From an uncultured candidate division Zixibacteria bacterium (GTDB lineage Bacteria > Zixibacteria > MSB-5A5 > UBA10806), in NCBI GenBank assembly GCA_963817915.1, contig CAWFQL010000012.1, positions 192,001 through 256,000 on the forward strand: a DNA stretch of 64,000 nucleotides, given 5' to 3'. Below the pieces are notes generated by a model. That model made no database searches, had not been told where the DNA came from, and worked only from the letters and a program-made list of their open reading frames with translations. A program made the position numbers and the translations under genes. Below are positions 20,982 through 29,886 of the stretch, one piece after another. How positions within the stretch are numbered: the first letter of the stretch is position 1; the number at the start of each line of letters is the position of its first letter.

Positions 20982-21736
20982 GTTCCGAAAATGATTCAGG
21001 AAACAACGGGAAATCCATATTACGGTCGGAAAATCTCTTAAAAATATATAAAAAGCGCCGAGTTGTTAATGGGGTTTCGATTTCAGTCAAATCCGGCGAG
21101 ATTGTCGGTCTCCTCGGGCCAAATGGCGCTGGCAAAACCACTACCTTCTATATGGTCACCGGCCTGATTCGTCCTAATGACGGTCGAATCTTTATGGATG
21201 ATCATGACCTGACATCATTGCCGATGTATCGCCGGGCTCGTAAAGGAATCGGCTATCTTCCACAGGAAGCATCGATATTCCGCAAGCTGACAGTTGAGCA
21301 GAATATCATGGCAATTTTAGAGACGATGCCGATAAGCCGCAAAGTGCGCAAGGAGCGGTTGGAGGAGTTATTGACTGATCTCGATGTCAAGTCATTGGCC
21401 AAATCGATGGCCTATAATCTCTCGGGCGGAGAGAGAAGACGAGTCGAGATTGCCAGGGCGCTTGTGACCGAGCCCAAATTTATATTGTTGGATGAACCCT
21501 TTTCTGGGATCGATCCGATTACGGTCGAGGAAATCCAAAAGATAATTGCTCGTCTAAGGGATAAAGGTTTAGGGATACTTATCACAGACCACAATGTCCG
21601 CGAGACTCTTTCGGTTACTGATAGAGCATATATCATATTCGAAGGCGAAATACTTAAAAGCGGTACCTCTGAATACCTGGCTAATGATCCCGAGGCCCGT
21701 AAAATCTATCTCGGCGAGAAATTCAGGCTGAATTAG
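20978..21736 (+). CDS. lptB: LPS export ABC transporter ATPase
   Basis: [51 protein letters not shown]. Confidence 0.97.
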   Translation: MSSENDSGNNGKSILRSENLLKIYKKRRVVNGVSISVKSGEIVGLLGPNGAGKTTTFYMVTGLIRPNDGRIFMDDHDLTSLPMYRRARKGIGYLPQEASIFRKLTVEQNIMAILETMPISRKVRKERLEELLTDLDVKSLAKSMAYNLSGGERRRVEIARALVTEPKFILLDEPFSGIDPITVEEIQKIIARLRDKGLGILITDHNVRETLSVTDRAYIIFEGEILKSGTSEYLANDPEARKIYLGEKFRLN

Positions 21737-21842
21737 CGGCTGATTGGCAGTATCACATTGATATGTAATCGTTTATAGGCGATTTCGCTCTTTCCAATGT
21801 AAAATAATTTATACTATTGTTTCGTTTTGGACTAAATTTTGC

Positions 21843-21870
21843 TTGCGTTTGCGGTTTTTCGTAGTATAAT
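21843..21870 (+). promoter_or_regulatory. Putative sigma70 promoter of rpoN
   Basis: TTGCGT-N16-TATAAT. Confidence 0.5.
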
Positions 21871-21960
21871 ATTCGTAGAGTTGTCAAAGGCAATTCAAGT
21901 GCTTCCAGCGCAGAGCCGATAACTTACAATAGAAGGGAATTGCCTTTTAAGGGTAAGTCT

Positions 21961-23478
21961 ATGGCAAACATGAAGATAACACAATCGACCTCATTGAGAA
22001 CCGAGCTTTCGGTCAGGCCCGATCTGATCCAATCGCTTAAGTTATTGATGGAGCCGATCTTGAACCTGGAGCAGGTTCTCCGTCAAAATCTTGCTGAAAA
22101 TCCATTATTGGAAGAAGTCGAGGAATTGCCGGAGGAAATTACTCCTCCCGAATTCCGAGAGCCGGAAAGAAAAAATGAAGCCAATATCGAAAAAATCGAT
22201 TGGCAGGAATTTCTGGGCGAAGGCAACGAATGGGCTGGCGATGGTTATCGCGATCTATCAGAGGATAGCGACGAAGAAAGAACCAACCGAACCCAGGTAG
22301 TTGAAAAGACGCTTTACGATTATCTATTCGAGCAATTGGGCCTCACTAAGCTGCCTGACGATGAAATTGAAATAGGGTCCTATATTATTGGTAATATAAA
22401 TGATGCCGGCTTCCTGGCATGTGATGTCAAAAGCATGGCGGAAGAGCTACAGGTCGAGCAATCCAAAGTTGAAAAGGTGCTGGAAGTAATAAAGAGATTC
22501 GATCCACCGGGAATCGGTTCGCGCGATCTGCGCGAATGTCTCTTGGCCCAACTGGAAGAGCGAGGATTCAAAGACTCACTTGCCTGGATATTGGTCGAAA
22601 AATACCTCTATGACTTGGATAAAAAGAGTATCACACAGTTGGCTAAGATGACCGATTCTACTCCTGAGCGGATTCAGGCAGCGTTGGAAATGCTTAAGGG
22701 CCTTTCGCCACGACCGGCTCAAGGACAATTTGTCAAAGCGGCGGCGGCAGTCGTTCCGGATTTGATCGTGGAAAAAGTAGATGACGAATATCTTGTCTAC
22801 CATAACGACAGAAATCTCCCAAGGCTTCGTGTTAATCAGTCATATAAATCATTGATAAAGCGCGGCAATAAAACACCGGAAACCACCAAAAACTACGTGC
22901 GAGAAAAATTGGAGCAGGCAAGATGGCTGATTAACGCTATTAATCAGCGCCGCAGCACAATGATTAATGTAATGCAGGCGATTGTTGATGAGCAGAAGGA
23001 TTTTCTCGATCATGGCGAAGATCATCTCAAGCCGCTGACTATGGAGCAGATTGCCGATAAGGTGGGAATGAATGTCGCCACAATCTCCCGAGTTGCCAGC
23101 GGTAAATATGTGCAGACACCCCTGGGAGTATTTGAGATCAAATACTTTTTCAATACCGGCGTTTCCAATTCAAATGGTGAGGATCTATCAAAAAGAGTGG
23201 TAAAGAATCAAATAGAGGCTATTGTTTCCAAAGAGAATGCCGCTATGCCGTTATCCGATCAGGAGATCGCCAATATATTGAAGAAGGATGGAATCAATCT
23301 GGCGCGGCGTACGGTTACCAAGTATCGCGAGGAAATGGGGATTAAATCAGCGAGATTCCGCAAGCAGCTCGCCAAAAAGCCCCAGACGATAATTGTTCCA
23401 AGCTCCGAGACGATACCGGCCCCAATTCTGGTTCAATCAAAAGATCTATTTCAGGGAGACGGCGCTGGTGGCCAATAA
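21961..23478 (+). CDS. rpoN: RNA polymerase sigma-54 factor
   Basis: NPLLEE, DPPGIGSRDLRECL, LKPLT...TISR, RpoN box ARRTVTKYRE. Confidence 0.97.
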   Translation: MANMKITQSTSLRTELSVRPDLIQSLKLLMEPILNLEQVLRQNLAENPLLEEVEELPEEITPPEFREPERKNEANIEKIDWQEFLGEGNEWAGDGYRDLSEDSDEERTNRTQVVEKTLYDYLFEQLGLTKLPDDEIEIGSYIIGNINDAGFLACDVKSMAEELQVEQSKVEKVLEVIKRFDPPGIGSRDLRECLLAQLEERGFKDSLAWILVEKYLYDLDKKSITQLAKMTDSTPERIQAALEMLKGLSPRPAQGQFVKAAAAVVPDLIVEKVDDEYLVYHNDRNLPRLRVNQSYKSLIKRGNKTPETTKNYVREKLEQARWLINAINQRRSTMINVMQAIVDEQKDFLDHGEDHLKPLTMEQIADKVGMNVATISRVASGKYVQTPLGVFEIKYFFNTGVSNSNGEDLSKRVVKNQIEAIVSKENAAMPLSDQEIANILKKDGINLARRTVTKYREEMGIKSARFRKQLAKKPQTIIVPSSETIPAPILVQSKDLFQGDGAGGQ

Positions 23479-23491
23479 TCGATAAAAAAAC

Positions 23492-23520
23492 TTGATTATT
23501 AATTTTTGCTCTGATATAAT
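23492..23520 (+). promoter_or_regulatory. sigma70 promoter (extended -10) upstream of the hpf leader
   Basis: TTGATT-N17-TATAAT with TG-n before the -10. Confidence 0.65.
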
Positions 23521-23567
23521 CTTTGGGTTTTATTATGAGCGAATTGCCCAGACAAAAGCGATTGAAC

Positions 23568-23598
23568 CCGGTCATCAAATGACCGGTTTTGTATTTTT
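23568..23598 (+). terminator. Rho-independent terminator or attenuator hairpin
   Basis: CCGGTCAT-CAA-ATGACCGG followed by TTTTGTATTTTT. Confidence 0.7.
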
Positions 23599-23797
23599 GA
23601 CTGGAGGCGATGAAGCTTCAAGGACAGAAATGAGAGGATAATTGGTACAGCACAACCATTTCTTGACGAAGGGGCGCTCCAAGAGCCGGGAGGTGTCGCA
23701 AAGATTTTGATATTGCTTCGCATGTGATATTTGTTATCGGTTAATGGCATCTTTGGAGCAATCGGTCCGTCTTTAAATCATTAAAAAGGTGGTAGAT

Positions 23798-24151
23798 ATG
23801 GATATTAGAATAACCGCAAGACATTTTGAGCTTACTGATACTTTGAAAAAATACGCCGAGGAAGAAGTCAAGAGACTTGAAAAATATTACGATCATATAA
23901 TTGACGCCCAGTTGACCATGTCGGTTGAAAAATCGAGGCAGGCGGCCGAAATTCAGGTGAAGGTATACGGAACTCTCTTGACTTCTAAGGCCAAGGCTTT
24001 TGATATGTATATAGCGATCGAGCAGGTAATTTCCAAAATGGAGACCCAGATAAAGAAATACAAGGCCAAATTGAGAGACAAAAAGACAGCCCAGAAAGCA
24101 TCGTTAAAGACCAGGCCTGTTGAGAAGACCAGCGACGAGGAAATAGAATAA
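23798..24151 (+). CDS. hpf: Ribosome hibernation promoting factor (HPF/RaiA, short form)
   Basis: MDIRITARHFELTDTLKKY...DMYIAIE...QIKKYK; follows rpoN. Confidence 0.92.
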   Translation: MDIRITARHFELTDTLKKYAEEEVKRLEKYYDHIIDAQLTMSVEKSRQAAEIQVKVYGTLLTSKAKAFDMYIAIEQVISKMETQIKKYKAKLRDKKTAQKASLKTRPVEKTSDEEIE

Positions 24152-24155
24152 TATT

Positions 24156-25124
24156 ATGCCGAATTTGACTATCGGAAAGCTTTTAACCGAGAGGCGCGAA
24201 TTTTTCGAGCTATTCCCATTGCTCGAAGGGGTCGGATATGATAAGGAGCTGAATAACAATCAGATTCATCGTCCGGGGCTGGCGTTGACAGGTTTCATAG
24301 AACGATTTCCTCATAAGAGGGTGCAGGTTCTCGGGCAAACCGAGATTGGATATTTGAATAGCCTTGGCGATCAAAGCCTGAGCGAACATCTCGACAATGT
24401 GTTTGCATTCGATATTCCGCTTTTTATCATCACCAAAGGACTGACTCCTCCGGAGATATTTTTGGAATACGCGCGGAAATCCGGAACAGCCGTATTGCAG
24501 ACCAATCTTTCGACAACCGAAATAATAACCCGCCTTTCGACATTTCTCGATAACATATTCGCCCCCCAGACAACTATTCATGGCACCTTTGTGGATGTCT
24601 ATGGTATCGGGTTGCTTTATACCGGAAAATCCGGCATAGGAAAATCGGAATGCGCGCTCGATCTGGTGGAGCGCGGTCATAGACTTGTAGCAGACGATGT
24701 TGTCAAGATAACGAAAAAAGCGCCTGAAGTTATTGTTGGCGGGGCAATGGAGAAACTCGGGCATCATATGGAAGTGCGAGGTATCGGGATTATCGATATC
24801 GAGAAGCTTTTCGGAATCAGGGCCATCAGGCTGCAGAAGAGAATAGAAGTTGAGGTCAGGCTGGAAGTCTGGGATTCCAGCAAGGAATATGATCGTTTGG
24901 GAATCGATGACAACAGGACATCAATATTGGGGGTTGAAATTCCGGTAGTCATAATACCAATATCGCCCGGCAAAAATATTACGGTTATCTCGGAAGTAAT
25001 AGCCATGAATCATATGCTCAAGGTCTATGGGGAAAATACCGCCCAGCGATTTATTCAGAGATTATCCGAGGAATTGGCCCGTCGCAAGACAACATTCTCC
25101 TATCTTGAAGCAGATATGGAATAA
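24156..25124 (+). CDS. hprK: HPr(Ser) kinase/phosphorylase
   Basis: IHRPGL, HGTFVDVYG, GKSGIGKSECAL, LVADD, MEVRGIGIIDI. Confidence 0.96.
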   Translation: MPNLTIGKLLTERREFFELFPLLEGVGYDKELNNNQIHRPGLALTGFIERFPHKRVQVLGQTEIGYLNSLGDQSLSEHLDNVFAFDIPLFIITKGLTPPEIFLEYARKSGTAVLQTNLSTTEIITRLSTFLDNIFAPQTTIHGTFVDVYGIGLLYTGKSGIGKSECALDLVERGHRLVADDVVKITKKAPEVIVGGAMEKLGHHMEVRGIGIIDIEKLFGIRAIRLQKRIEVEVRLEVWDSSKEYDRLGIDDNRTSILGVEIPVVIIPISPGKNITVISEVIAMNHMLKVYGENTAQRFIQRLSEELARRKTTFSYLEADME

Positions 25125-25285
25125 TTTTCGCTTGCATCAAATTCGCATCAGCTTTCAAAAAGATGATCTGCCCTTAATTGAAAAACGATTTAATTTGCCG
25201 AATATAGTATAAGTAACTTGAACGGAACATTAATGATGGGTAACCGTTTCTGCAAAAAGATAGAATTTTGATCGAAGGATAAAAA

Positions 25286-27418
25286 ATGATACGATTGGTA
25301 TTCGGAATTCATAACCATCAGCCGGTGGGTAATTTTGATAATGTTTTCGAATCCGCGTATGGAAGCTGTTATCTGCCATTTTTGCAGGCAATTTCAAACC
25401 ATCCGGCGATAAAATTTTGCTTTCATACTACCGGTCCACTTTTCTACTGGATAGAAGAGCATCATCACGAATGGTTCGAACTTCTAAAGAAAATGATCAA
25501 ATCCGGCCAGGTAGAAATGATGGGTGGCGGCTTTTACGAACCGATTTTGAGTGTTATTCCCGAAGAAGATCAAATAGGTCAGATATTGAAAATGACACAT
25601 TATATAGAGCATCATTTCGGAGTGACCCCCAAAGGGATGTGGACTGCCGAGAGAATCTGGGAGCCAGGGCTTCCGACAACCATGGCGCAAGCGGGCATTC
25701 AGTATACTGTTCTCGATGATACTCATTTCAAATGGGCCGGTCTAAAAGATGACGATCTGAACGGCTATTTCATTACCGAAAACAACGGCGATCCGGTATA
25801 TGTTTTCCCAATCAGCAAGGTCATGAGATACAATATTCCCTTCAAACAACCTTCTGAGACTATTAAATATCTAAAGCAGCTCAATGATGAAAAGGGCGAT
25901 GTCCTGGTAGTCTATGCGGATGACGGCGAGAAATTCGGTGTTTGGCCATCGACATACGACACCTGCTATAATCAACGTTGGCTGGAGAAGTTTTTCCACG
26001 AATTGACTCAAAATTTAGGCTGGATAAAGCCGGTATTTTTCTCTGAGGTGATCGATGAGCTTCCGCCTGCTGGCAGGATATATTTGCCGACAGCATCGTA
26101 TGCCGAGATGGGCCAATGGTCATTGCCCGCCAATGGATTTGTTGAATACGACGAAATCGAAAAGAAGCTGAAGGAAGACAAATGGTGGGATGAGTATGGC
26201 TATCTTGTCCGTGGAGGATTCTGGCGCAATTTCCTTTCGAAATACAGCGAATCCAATAACATGCATAAGAAGATGCTGCAGTTGACATCGCTGATAAAAA
26301 AAGGCGCCGAGGAGCAAATCGGGGAAGACAAATTATCTCAGGCGATTGACCTCAAATGGCAGGCGCAATGCAACTGTCCATACTGGCACGGCGTATTCGG
26401 CGGATTATATTTGAACCATTTGCGCTATGCCACCTATTCAAGATTTATCGAAGCCGAAAAGGTGCTTGATAGCAAAAAGGACGATAATTTTCTCGAGTAT
26501 GATGTCATGGATTTTGACAAGGACGGGCAATTAGAAATAATATTGCGCAATAAGCATCTCAATCTTTATGTCGCGCCATACTACGGCGGTTCATTGTTTG
26601 AATTGGATTATAAACCAGCGTCGATAAACCTGCTCGATACAATGACTCGAAGGAAAGAAGGTTATCATTCAAAGCTTTCCCAGGCGAAAGTCGCCGATGA
26701 TAATGCCGCGGGGTCGATTCATGACCGGATTGAGGCGAAAGAGGAAGGACTCGATAAATATCTCGTATATGATTGGCACAAGAGAGTCGGCTTTTTAGAT
26801 CATTTCTTTGAATTCGGAACTACGCTCGAGCAATTTTCTCGAAATGAGTATAGCGAAAAAGGCGATTTCGTAAATCGGCCGTTTGAGGCGACCTTGAATG
26901 AGGACAAGGACAGGCTGATTGCAAGTTTGAAACGAGAAGGTCATGTTTGGGTTGGTAGTACGTGGGCGCTTGTTTATATTCAGAAAAATTATATCCTGAA
27001 AGCCAACGAATCCGGTTTCGATATTCAATATCTTATCGATAACAGATCGAATATTCATCTGAAGCAGTTGATGGGTATCGAGACTGCTTGGGCATTATTG
27101 GCCGGGAATGCTCAAGACCGTTACTATCATATCGATGGCAAAAAACTGGAACCATCGATTATGGCCTCAGCCGGGGTAATCAATTCAAATCGAATCGGCT
27201 TGCGCGATGATGCCTTTGGATATGATATCAATATCAAAATTGACAGAACACTCGACTGGTGGCGTTTCCCGATAGAGACAATAAGCCTTTCCGAAGGCGG
27301 ATTCGAGAGAAACTACCAGCAATCGACAGTTGTGCCGATCGTCTCTATTGACCTTGCTCCCGGGCAATCGTTTGAATTTAATATTTCGGTAGAAATCAAG
27401 AATCTTGCCGGGAAATAA
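25286..27418 (+). CDS. GH57 alpha-amylase/4-alpha-glucanotransferase (with C-terminal DUF1925/1926-type domains)
   Basis: HNHQPVGNF, GMWTAERIWEP, DDGEKFG, QCNCPYWHGVFGGLY. Confidence 0.9.
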   Translation: MIRLVFGIHNHQPVGNFDNVFESAYGSCYLPFLQAISNHPAIKFCFHTTGPLFYWIEEHHHEWFELLKKMIKSGQVEMMGGGFYEPILSVIPEEDQIGQILKMTHYIEHHFGVTPKGMWTAERIWEPGLPTTMAQAGIQYTVLDDTHFKWAGLKDDDLNGYFITENNGDPVYVFPISKVMRYNIPFKQPSETIKYLKQLNDEKGDVLVVYADDGEKFGVWPSTYDTCYNQRWLEKFFHELTQNLGWIKPVFFSEVIDELPPAGRIYLPTASYAEMGQWSLPANGFVEYDEIEKKLKEDKWWDEYGYLVRGGFWRNFLSKYSESNNMHKKMLQLTSLIKKGAEEQIGEDKLSQAIDLKWQAQCNCPYWHGVFGGLYLNHLRYATYSRFIEAEKVLDSKKDDNFLEYDVMDFDKDGQLEIILRNKHLNLYVAPYYGGSLFELDYKPASINLLDTMTRRKEGYHSKLSQAKVADDNAAGSIHDRIEAKEEGLDKYLVYDWHKRVGFLDHFFEFGTTLEQFSRNEYSEKGDFVNRPFEATLNEDKDRLIASLKREGHVWVGSTWALVYIQKNYILKANESGFDIQYLIDNRSNIHLKQLMGIETAWALLAGNAQDRYYHIDGKKLEPSIMASAGVINSNRIGLRDDAFGYDINIKIDRTLDWWRFPIETISLSEGGFERNYQQSTVVPIVSIDLAPGQSFEFNISVEIKNLAGK

Positions 27419-27902
27419 TCCGCGGCCATTGGCCAATAATATTATCATCGGGTATATGCTTTTTTAAATCTGCCAGCAGATTTTTATAATGGCTGCCTTT
27501 CCAGTAAAATCTCTGGCATGCCGGGCACTGTTTTATGATTTCCTGAGTTTTTCGAATGAATGGGAAAACTTGATGGGCAATTTTGGTTTTATCTACAATC
27601 ACGCAGAGTTCATTGCATCGTGAGCAACGTTCGAATAGCAGAGTAGTATCGATTTTCAACGAAAGCGAAATTATCAGGTTGTGAAGTTGGTCAAATGGGC
27701 TGTCATTTTCTACCAGCAATAATCCGTATGGATGGGTCAGTGATTCCAGATGATGATTGCGAGTGATGAGTAGCCGCTTTTCGGCAGAGGCGCGGCGCAT
27801 CAATTCGGCATCATCGATTTCGCTGTCGAAATAAGTGTCGAAACCGAGAATGCGCAAATATTTAGCCAATTTGCCGAGATTGTCATCGCAGATAAATTTC
27901 AT
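27396..27902 (-). CDS. Mut7-C RNase domain (PIN-like plus Zn ribbon) protein
   Basis: KFICDDNLGKLAKYLRILGFDT, RCSRCN, CPACQRFYWKGSH. Confidence 0.88.
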   Translation of the reverse strand: MKFICDDNLGKLAKYLRILGFDTYFDSEIDDAELMRRASAEKRLLITRNHHLESLTHPYGLLLVENDSPFDQLHNLIISLSLKIDTTLLFERCSRCNELCVIVDKTKIAHQVFPFIRKTQEIIKQCPACQRFYWKGSHYKNLLADLKKHIPDDNIIGQWPRIISRQDS

Positions 27903-27908
27903 GGTTGA

Positions 27909-27937
27909 AATCTAAGCTGGAAAATGGGGGTAGTCAA
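27909..27937 (-). promoter_or_regulatory. sigma70 promoter of the Mut7-C gene (leaderless)
   Basis: Minus strand: TTGACT-N17-TAGATT-N6-ATG. Confidence 0.6.
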
Positions 27938-28016
27938 GAAAACCGGGGTAAATTCGGACAGTTTTTGCTTGACTAAATCGGCTATGTGGCTATTATTAGT
28001 TTCTGTTTTGGCTTAT

Positions 28017-28088
28017 GGGGGTGTAGCTCAGTGGTAGAGCATCTGCCTTTTAAGCAGGTGGCCGATGGTTCAATCCCATCCACCCTCA
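28017..28088 (+). tRNA. tRNA-Lys (anticodon TTT)
   Basis: Cloverleaf: GGGGGTG/CACCCTC acceptor, GCTC/GAGC D-stem, loop CTTTTAA, GATGG-TTCAATC-CCATC T-arm; CCA not encoded. Confidence 0.95.
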
Positions 28089-28109
28089 TTTTAATGACAT
28101 CGATTTGAT

Positions 28110-28182
<73 letters not shown>

Positions 28183-28229
28183 TATTTTATTTGCGATAAT
28201 CCAACTCAATCTATTATAATTAGTCTACG

Positions 28230-29270
28230 ATGCATTTCATCTCATTAATGCGATTAAGATTATTAACATTATTGGCTTTTTTCTTTATCTTTGTCTCTTG
28301 TGGATCGGTAATACATACAATGCCACCTAGGCCTCTTGCCCTCCATGAATTTCGGGGCAATTTTGTAATAAGCCATGAAATGAGCGGCCTCGGGCCATTT
28401 TCTATAGGGTTAAACTTTTACTGGGGTGTTGGCAAAGATGTCAACTTGGGACTTGGAATCCAACCACCTATTGGATTATCTCACCTAACTCTTGCGAAAT
28501 ATTATAAATCAAATGAGCGCTCATCTTGGTGCGCTTTTACAAGTATAAATGGAATCTTTTTGACTTTTGACGAATCTCCAAATTTCGATTTTGGGGCAAG
28601 CCTAATTATAAGGGACGGCAGAGCATATCATTCATTTTCGTCAGGCATCTGGGTCTTTTACGATGATTATTTGCCCGAATCAATTTCAAAATTCTACTTT
28701 TCTGATTCTATGCCTGCGGTGCAATTCAGACCTAAACCACGCCCTTTCTGGGCTTATGAATTTCAATATGATAGGACAATACTGTCAATTAAGAACTATA
28801 TGGGATTTGCCAATAAGGTCATTGGCTGGGAAAGAAAGCAAATTGATCAAAACCCCGAAATCACAATTCGAAATTCTGATATTTCCTTTTTTGATAATGA
28901 TCGTTTCGGCTATTCGATTAGGTTGAATGATAGAACTAGGATATCTATTACTTCTGTAACTTCGGGAGATCTCATTTTGCCCTTTTTCCCGACCTTAGGA
29001 CTGATACGTTTACCATATTCTGATTCTCTGGAAATATGCTGGGTTCATGTATACCAACCAAATGGAAAGATTGTCCGACGTGAAAAAAATTATAATAATG
29101 ACATTTATGAATTAAATTTAGATAAAATTAAACGGGACTATATCCAAAAAAAGGATATAGTAATAGCACCCGTTCCGGAAAGATCCCGAGAAATTCTTAA
29201 ACGTATCCATTGGTACAAGCATGATTGGTCAATCGCTATTGGAACAACTGTGAAAGACAGTAAGGACTAA
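28230..29270 (+). CDS. Hypothetical lipoprotein (islet cargo)
   Basis: 346 aa ORF; FVS-C lipobox-like signal; aromatic, beta-rich N-terminal half; visibly AT-rich. Confidence 0.7.
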   Translation: MHFISLMRLRLLTLLAFFFIFVSCGSVIHTMPPRPLALHEFRGNFVISHEMSGLGPFSIGLNFYWGVGKDVNLGLGIQPPIGLSHLTLAKYYKSNERSSWCAFTSINGIFLTFDESPNFDFGASLIIRDGRAYHSFSSGIWVFYDDYLPESISKFYFSDSMPAVQFRPKPRPFWAYEFQYDRTILSIKNYMGFANKVIGWERKQIDQNPEITIRNSDISFFDNDRFGYSIRLNDRTRISITSVTSGDLILPFFPTLGLIRLPYSDSLEICWVHVYQPNGKIVRREKNYNNDIYELNLDKIKRDYIQKKDIVIAPVPERSREILKRIHWYKHDWSIAIGTTVKDSKD

Positions 29271-29288
29271 TCCAATAATTCTATTATC

Positions 29289-29339
29289 CTCTTAATCAGC
29301 GAGTCGAAGGTTCGAGTCCTTCAAGGCGCATATTTTATT
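29289..29339 (+). repeat. attR-like duplicate of the tRNA-Lys(CTT) 3' half
   Basis: CTCTTAATCAGCGAGTCGAAGGTTCGAGTCCTTCAAGGCGCATATTTTATT versus 28141-28191 (one G>A difference in the variable loop). Confidence 0.92.
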
Positions 29340-29745
29340 ACCAGGCTGCGATGATTACGCCAGATATGATCAGGCCAACGGCATGGTAACCGACGTTGAT
29401 GCATAACAAGGTGCAGGAACGACGTTCAAAAAGATTATTGATAACTGCCGGGGCCAGAATAAAGCAAACTCCGGCAAGCACTGCGACCAGGACGCCGTCA
29501 CCAACCGTATTTTCGCCGATCCAGACCAAAATCCGGGCAATTCCATAAGCGGCGATAAAACTCCATACAAATGACCATAGAAATGACATCGGCTTGAAGT
29601 CCGCCTTCACCTGCTCCTCGGTTTTGCCGATACCTTTCATCCACTGCTTGCCGAAAAGGGCCTTGTTGAACCACAACGCCCCTAAAATCCAATAAGCCGC
29701 CGCCGAAACCAATACGCTCAAATAATTAACATGTCCCATCTGCAT
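29338..29745 (-). CDS. DUF1761-like membrane protein
   Basis: VNYLSVLVSAAAYWILGALWF...LFGKQWM; 4 TMs; GGAGG SD. Confidence 0.8.
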   Translation of the reverse strand: MQMGHVNYLSVLVSAAAYWILGALWFNKALFGKQWMKGIGKTEEQVKADFKPMSFLWSFVWSFIAAYGIARILVWIGENTVGDGVLVAVLAGVCFILAPAVINNLFERRSCTLLCINVGYHAVGLIISGVIIAAW

Positions 29746-29886
29746 GACTATGCCTCCATGAAGATTGAAAGGTTTTTCAATCGCTCTATTTCAAAATGTG
29801 TGACTTTGATTTTCATTTACGGAAATGATGGGGGATGATTAGACAAAGCTCAAGATGTTTTTTGGATTTTTGACTAGTGAGGAATG

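Noticed and set aside
23610..23633. Mini-ORF MKLQGQK after GGAGG in the hpf leader
   Set aside because: SD-to-ATG spacing is only 2 nt and the GGAG is predicted to pair in the long stem; not supportable alone.
27396..27902. Mut7-C gene as the toxin of a TA or defence system beside the tRNAs
   Set aside because: No adjacent antitoxin or ubiquitin-like partner, and it lies outside the att-bounded islet.
29289..29330. A third tRNA gene
   Set aside because: Only the 3' half is present (no D-arm or 5' acceptor strand); it is an att-like duplicate.
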